Source: Diplonema japonicum
Lineage: Eukaryota; Protista; Euglenozoa: Diplonemea
Length of the DNA stretch: 64,000 bases
Assembly: GCA_964019335.1 (NCBI GenBank)
Contig: OZ025707.1
Coordinates: forward strand, 62,001 to 126,000
Direction: 5' to 3'
Shown: piece by piece, positions 59,328 through 64,000 of the stretch
How the letters are laid out: the number at the start of each line of letters is the position of its first letter
Position numbering within the stretch: position 1 is the first letter of the stretch
Made by a program: the position numbers and the translations under genes
The notes under the pieces: model-generated
The model's input: the letters and a program-made list of their open reading frames with translations, nothing else
What the model was told of the DNA's origin: nothing
Databases searched by the model: none

Positions 59328-59561
59328 CTACAAAAATGAAAGAAGAAGAAAAAAGACAAAACAAAAAAATAATATACACAAAATCCGACGCAGGGTTTTA
59401 TATTAAAAAGTTATTTCCCCCCCTCACTCCCTCACCCCCTTTACTCACTTACACATCCCCGTCCCACCAAAAATCGTGTACCACTTTTTTTTTTTTTTTC
59501 TTTGGAAAAAAAAAGAAAACGGAACGAATGAAAAAAAAGGGGGGGAGGGGTATTGGGCGGG

Positions 59562-60065
59562 ATGAGGAAGTGCAAGAGGAGGCCGTCGGCAAGAAGGCCG
59601 AACTCAGCGGGGCTCGAAAGCGCCACGTCGAGCCCAAGGGGCTGGGAGGATGAGGAAGTGTTGAAGATTATGCTGTTCAACAAGAGAAGTGGGGGCAGGA
59701 GGGTGGGAGAACCACAACCCCAACCACCACCAGCACCTCGGAGGGCAGGGACCTCTTTACGGTTCAAGGTTCACACAGAAGCATTCCTGCTTGCAGAGGT
59801 AGAGTCAGGGCAGAGAAAATCCATAATACACGCATTCACTACAATCCAAAGGATGTTGGTCAAAACCTACTTTGCAGAGGCCTCCTTCATACGGACCTCG
59901 CGTGAGCTCGAATGTTCCCACCGAACTACAACACAGCTCCGCTCCTTTGTGTCCCACCTTCACCTCATTAATCAAACTAAGCATCTCAGGTCGCGGTACC
60001 AAGCCTGGCGGACTTTTGCCCACCCGCCTCTCCCTCTCCTCACGCTTCTTTCATCCGTCAGGTAA
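59562..60065 (+). CDS. Hypothetical protein
   Basis: 167-aa ORF between spacers. Confidence 0.45.
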   Translation: MRKCKRRPSARRPNSAGLESATSSPRGWEDEEVLKIMLFNKRSGGRRVGEPQPQPPPAPRRAGTSLRFKVHTEAFLLAEVESGQRKSIIHAFTTIQRMLVKTYFAEASFIRTSRELECSHRTTTQLRSFVSHLHLINQTKHLRSRYQAWRTFAHPPLPLLTLLSSVR

Positions 60066-60306
60066 AGGATACAGATAGTTTAGTTTTTTTTTTTTCTTCT
60101 TTCTCTTTTATTATTATTATTTACCCACACTGTTATAGTCATTGCTATGACTTCCCCCCCCCTATTTTATTTTCTTTTCCCCACCTTTCTGCGTACTTCT
60201 TTTTATTTCGTTCTCCCTTTTGTCGATACCCTGATCAAAACATTTCTCCAAAAAAAAAAAGAAAAAAAAAAAGGGAAGGAAAAAAAAGGGGAAAAAAAAA
60301 AAAAAA

Positions 60307-62592
60307 ATGCCTCCAAAGAAGAAACAGAAGGCAACGCAGGACAACAGCGACAAACCAACGTACGTAAACCTGGTGGGGCTTGTGAAGGATGGTGGCAGTA
60401 TGCAGCCGGAGATCAGAAATGTGTTGGACCGAGCGGGGGAGGATGGAAACGAAGCGGTGGCAACACTGGTGAACTTTGTAATCGCAAGCAGCGGGCTAAA
60501 AGAGGTGGTGGAAGGGTGGCAAATCGGCCACGACGACACGAAGAACGTCCTGGGCGAGCTCGGGAATAGAGTCCGCGAAAAAGTCAGCGAAAAGTACCCC
60601 CTTGCTTCCCGCGAGAAGAAATGGGAAAAGTTCAAGTACAACTACCAAAACTTCTGGAGACAGCTGATGAAAGCCATCGAGAAAGAAGGCATCCTGTACA
60701 CCTCAGATTTCACCGACCAGCTCATAAAATGGCTCAGCGGTCTCACAACATCCAGCGTCAGGGCATTCCGCCACCACGCGATGGTAGCAATGTACAACAT
60801 GATGACTGCTATGTCAAAGCTAGCAGCGTCTCTTATTGGTTTGAACGCGAAGCTATCCGACAAAGGTAAGAAGAAATCATCGACACGCACTGAGGCAGAG
60901 GTGGGCCGCAAGCTGTCCCGCATGAAAACGCTTCTCGAAACCTCATACGACATCACCTGCCTGTCACGTCACAAGGACATAGTCCCCGAGCTCCGCTCCC
61001 TCTCCATAATGTATCAGCATGAATGGACCGTTGCGTACCCAGAACTGTTTGTGTCTGATGACTACACGAAGGTGCTAGGGTGGGCTCTGCACTACAAGGA
61101 CGATGACATGCGGTTCAACGCGTTGAAATGCCTGCAGGACATCTTCAGCAGGAAGGAGTCCTTCCCAAAGATGACCTCGTGGCTCAACAAGTTCATCAAC
61201 AGAATCGTGGAGATGACCCTCGATCTCGCGACGTCTGTCTCCATCCAAGCCCTGTCCCTGGCTGCAACTCTCATCACGTTGGAGACGGAACACAACAAGG
61301 AGATCTTCTCTGACAGCATTCACGATGGTTTTGTCGAGTTTATCTATGATGAGAAGGCTAGTATTCGACAGGCAGCCGCGCCCATCTTCCACCTCGTTAT
61401 GAGCAGACGAGCAGCCGCAACACAGCCCGGGAAGAAATCCAAGAAGGCCTCGCAGGCAGCGGGGTCTAAAGAATACCTCGAAACCATTGTGAACTGGATG
61501 GAGGGCAAGGAGGTGGAGCTCGTCCCCGCGTGCATTGTGGAAGGCCTCACAAATGTCGAAGCTTATTCCACGCAGTTTAAAACCCCTGTTTTTGCCGATT
61601 TCAAGGTTCTCATGGACATCGCGGAGTCGGAGGAGTCCGAGGACGAGACAGTCCATGCCGCGCTCCGTTTGCTGCTAGCTATTGCACGCAAGGCGCATGG
61701 CAAGCTGGACCTGACCTTCCCCTCCACGCATGACAAGATCCTGACCATCCCGAAGTCGAAACGGACGAAACTGGACAAAGCGTGGACGGCTCCAAACGAC
61801 TCGATCCTTTCGTCTCTTAACGAGTCCCTTCCGACATTCCTCCCTGCTGCCTTGGTGCGTCTTCAGACGGATGAAACATCAGTTGAGATACTCACTCAGA
61901 TCATTCATGTAGTCGACCCTGCTGTGTGGTCGACAGGCGGAGAAGAACTGGAGAAAAGTTTCGACGAGCTTCTCGCCATCTGCGAGAAGCTGTTCCTGAC
62001 ACGGATCAGGGAGGAGACGGTGGACAGCATCGCCATTGCATGGAGGCAGCTCACCGCTATGAACCACCCTCTTAAAGAAAAGGCACACACATCGCTGGTA
62101 AGCATCGCGGCGAAGCTGGCGAAGAAACCCAAAGGCAGTGGTTCAAAAGCGTCCGCAAAACACTCTTGGATGCGCATTGCCGCGGCACTGGAGGCAAACC
62201 TCGACCTCGTTGACCATGTGTGGAGCAGACTGCTGGATGCACTGGCAGACCCGGACACCGCCATGTCAGAACACAGCCCTGAGGTCATCGCAGCGGCAGT
62301 GGCGGGGCTACTGATCCGCACCCACAAGTTTCACAAAAAAGATGACGAATCCATTAACTTGGCAGAGGACTTGCAGGCTGTAGAGGCAGGGTTGTTGAAC
62401 ATGCTTGACTTGGAGTCTGAGGTATTCTCCCCCCCCACTTAAAAAAACCCACCCCAAACAACAAGGTCCCCCTTGCCACGCAAGCCTTTGCCTTCCGAGG
62501 TCTGACTAACGTCTGGGCGGTTGGGTGCGGGCTGGACATCCTGCCCCAGCCGACCATACAGAAGCAGAATGAGTTCATCACGGCGTATGTGT

Positions 62593-62629
<37 letters not shown>

Positions 62630-62728
62630 TTTTCTTATTTTTTTTTTTTTTTTTATAGATTCGACAAACTCGTCCCCAATTTCCACCCGAAAGTAACACG
62701 CACGGTGGCACACAACATCGCTGTTGAG
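60307..62728 (+). CDS. SCC3: Cohesin subunit SCC3/STAG, 3'-incomplete (exons 60307-62421, 62466-62584, 62659-62728; the next intron opens at 62729 and contains the YR element)
   Basis: YPLASREKKWEKFKYN…FW, WLSGLTTSSVRAFRH, SRHKDIVPELR, YPELFVSDDYTKVLGW and FINRIVEM match the STAG/SCD domain. Confidence 0.92.
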
Positions 62729-62962
62729 GTCTGTCCGCGAAACGGAAAGAAAAAAAAAAAAAAAAAATAACTATTTATTCCGGGGCAGTAAAGTAGGGTT
62801 TATTTCCCCGAGACAGATTGTGGCTCCCGAGGACATAATTTTTACCTCGCTTCGCTCGGTAAAAATTGGTTCCGAGGGGCCAGGACAATCTGTCGAGGGA
62901 AAAGGTAAACCCTACTTTACCCCGGAATACGGCGTTTTATTTACAGTTTATTTTCCCGAGGC

Positions 62963-63942
62963 CTAAATTCTCAAAGAGCGGGACGTGGACTCCGGAATAC
63001 GCTGGACTATCACGCTTGTTTGTAGAATGAAAAAATAAAAATGGCAAAAGAAAAGAAAAAAAGGGGTGGAGTGGGTACTATCTACTCCTGGCGTGTGCGG
63101 ATGTTGATATTGATGTTGACGTCCTGTCAAAAGTCCTGCCATGTGTTGCACACTGCTTGTGCTCTGTTCCACGTACATTGCTGGCATGCTTGTGTTTCTC
63201 CATCCAAAATGTGATTGCATCATGGAGATAGATGCGCCGTTTTCAGCAGCAGCTGTGGCCGCAGAACGTCGGAAAGTGTGTGACGTAAACTTGGATATCT
63301 CATTGGCGGGCTTTCCGATGACGGATGCCACATCGTACCCCAGTTTGTATACCTTGTTTTTGCCAATGGGCGTTCCTCTCTCCGAAAGGAACAGACGCTT
63401 GGTCTCTTTCTTAGGTCGTAGCAACAAGTACTGGTCCATTGCTGATGCATAAATGCCAGTGTGCCCACCCGTCTTTGAACGTGCTGCAGTGCAGATAAAC
63501 CTCCCATCAACTTGATTCTTAACAATGTCGCTGATTTCCATCGACACCAAGCTTCGCAAGCTCTCATGCCCCCGCTAAACAGGCAAGCACGTGACGCTCT
63601 TCGTTACGGTCCCAGGACTTTAACGAAGACGTCAAGCGAGGCCAAGCTTGTAGTTTGCAGTTGTACTTGGCTTTGAAGGTTGCGTTCAATTTGGAGTAAA
63701 GACACCAGAGGCTCGATGCCTTGAGCCCGGCTTCCCTCCTGCTTTGGGAGTAGGTCACGATATCTTGCTCACGCGGCTTCCCTCCTGCTTTGGGAGTAGG
63801 TCACGATATCTTGCTCACGCGGCTTCCCTGCTATGTTCTCTGACTCGAGCATCGCAGTCCACGCTTTTTCATAGGAAGGGTTCTTATATGTGTTTGACTC
63901 ATAGATCTCTTCCATGCGCTTGACCTTCTTGCTTTTTGGCAT
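62963..63942 (-). pseudogene. Frameshifted tyrosine recombinase (phage-integrase fold, Crypton-like)
   Basis: From ATG 63942 the reading is MPKSKK…YEKAW…EQDIVTY…LKASSLWCLYSKL, then box I FSGGMRACE/LVSMEISD across frameshifts, RSKT, FTSHTFRRSAAT (HxxR) and HFGW…AMY. It is disrupted by a 46-bp duplication and by indels. Confidence 0.85.
63728..63829. repeat. 46-bp tandem duplication (2.2 copies) in the YR gene
   Basis: CGGCTTCCCTCCTGCTTTGGGAGTAGGTCACGATATCTTGCTCACG occurs at 63728 and 63774, with a partial copy at 63820. Confidence 0.95.
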
Positions 63943-64000
63943 CTTTGATAAAAAAAAAAGAGCTGGAAAAGAATTATGTTAGTTTATTTCCCCGCCCTGT

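Larger units (their letters stand above)
62763..64000 (-). mobile_element. Crypton-like tyrosine-recombinase element with a long terminal hairpin, inserted in an SCC3 intron (runs off the window)
   Basis: A ~154-bp imperfect hairpin at 62776-62929 begins at the end of the intronic A-tract and is followed by a minus-strand YR reading frame. Confidence 0.8.

Noticed and set aside
596-62327. Numerous minus-strand ORFs overlapping long plus-strand genes
   Set aside because: Antisense shadows of GC-rich coding sequence with no recognisable domains.
62963-63559. Prophage or bacterial contaminant integrase
   Set aside because: It is contiguous with an intron of a eukaryotic SCC3 gene, shares termini with another intronic element, and has no visible phage genes.

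Overview
Eukaryotic genomic DNA. It looks euglenozoan and most likely diplonemid; this is inferred from the gene arrangement and domain repertoire and has not been verified. About 24 protein-coding genes lie head-to-tail on the + strand, separated by short spacers of long A/T/G/C homopolymers. Recognisable products are a filamin-type Ig-repeat protein, a CEP164-like WW protein, a Rho-like pseudo-GTPase, an ArfGAP, Rpn11, a cold-shock protein, an OYE-like flavoprotein, a CDK20-like kinase, a giant RBR E3 ligase, an ankyrin protein, CFAP46, Las1, RPL26, an EF-hand/WD40 protein and SCC3/STAG. Introns are mostly tiny GT-AG introns (about 30-75 nt), and many have a poly(A) tract where a polypyrimidine tract is expected. 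Three non-genic systems stand out. (1) A decayed Crypton-like tyrosine-recombinase element with a ~150-bp terminal hairpin sits in the A-tract of an SCC3 intron, and a ~560-bp non-coding element with the same terminal architecture sits in the A-tract of a cold-shock gene intron. (2) A tandem cassette of three C/D-box snoRNA-like units plus larger structured RNAs occurs at two loci 15 kb apart, each apparently intronic; one larger RNA has RNase MRP/P-like P4 motifs. (3) A TIR-bounded MITE-like element carries four tRNA-like B-box hairpins.
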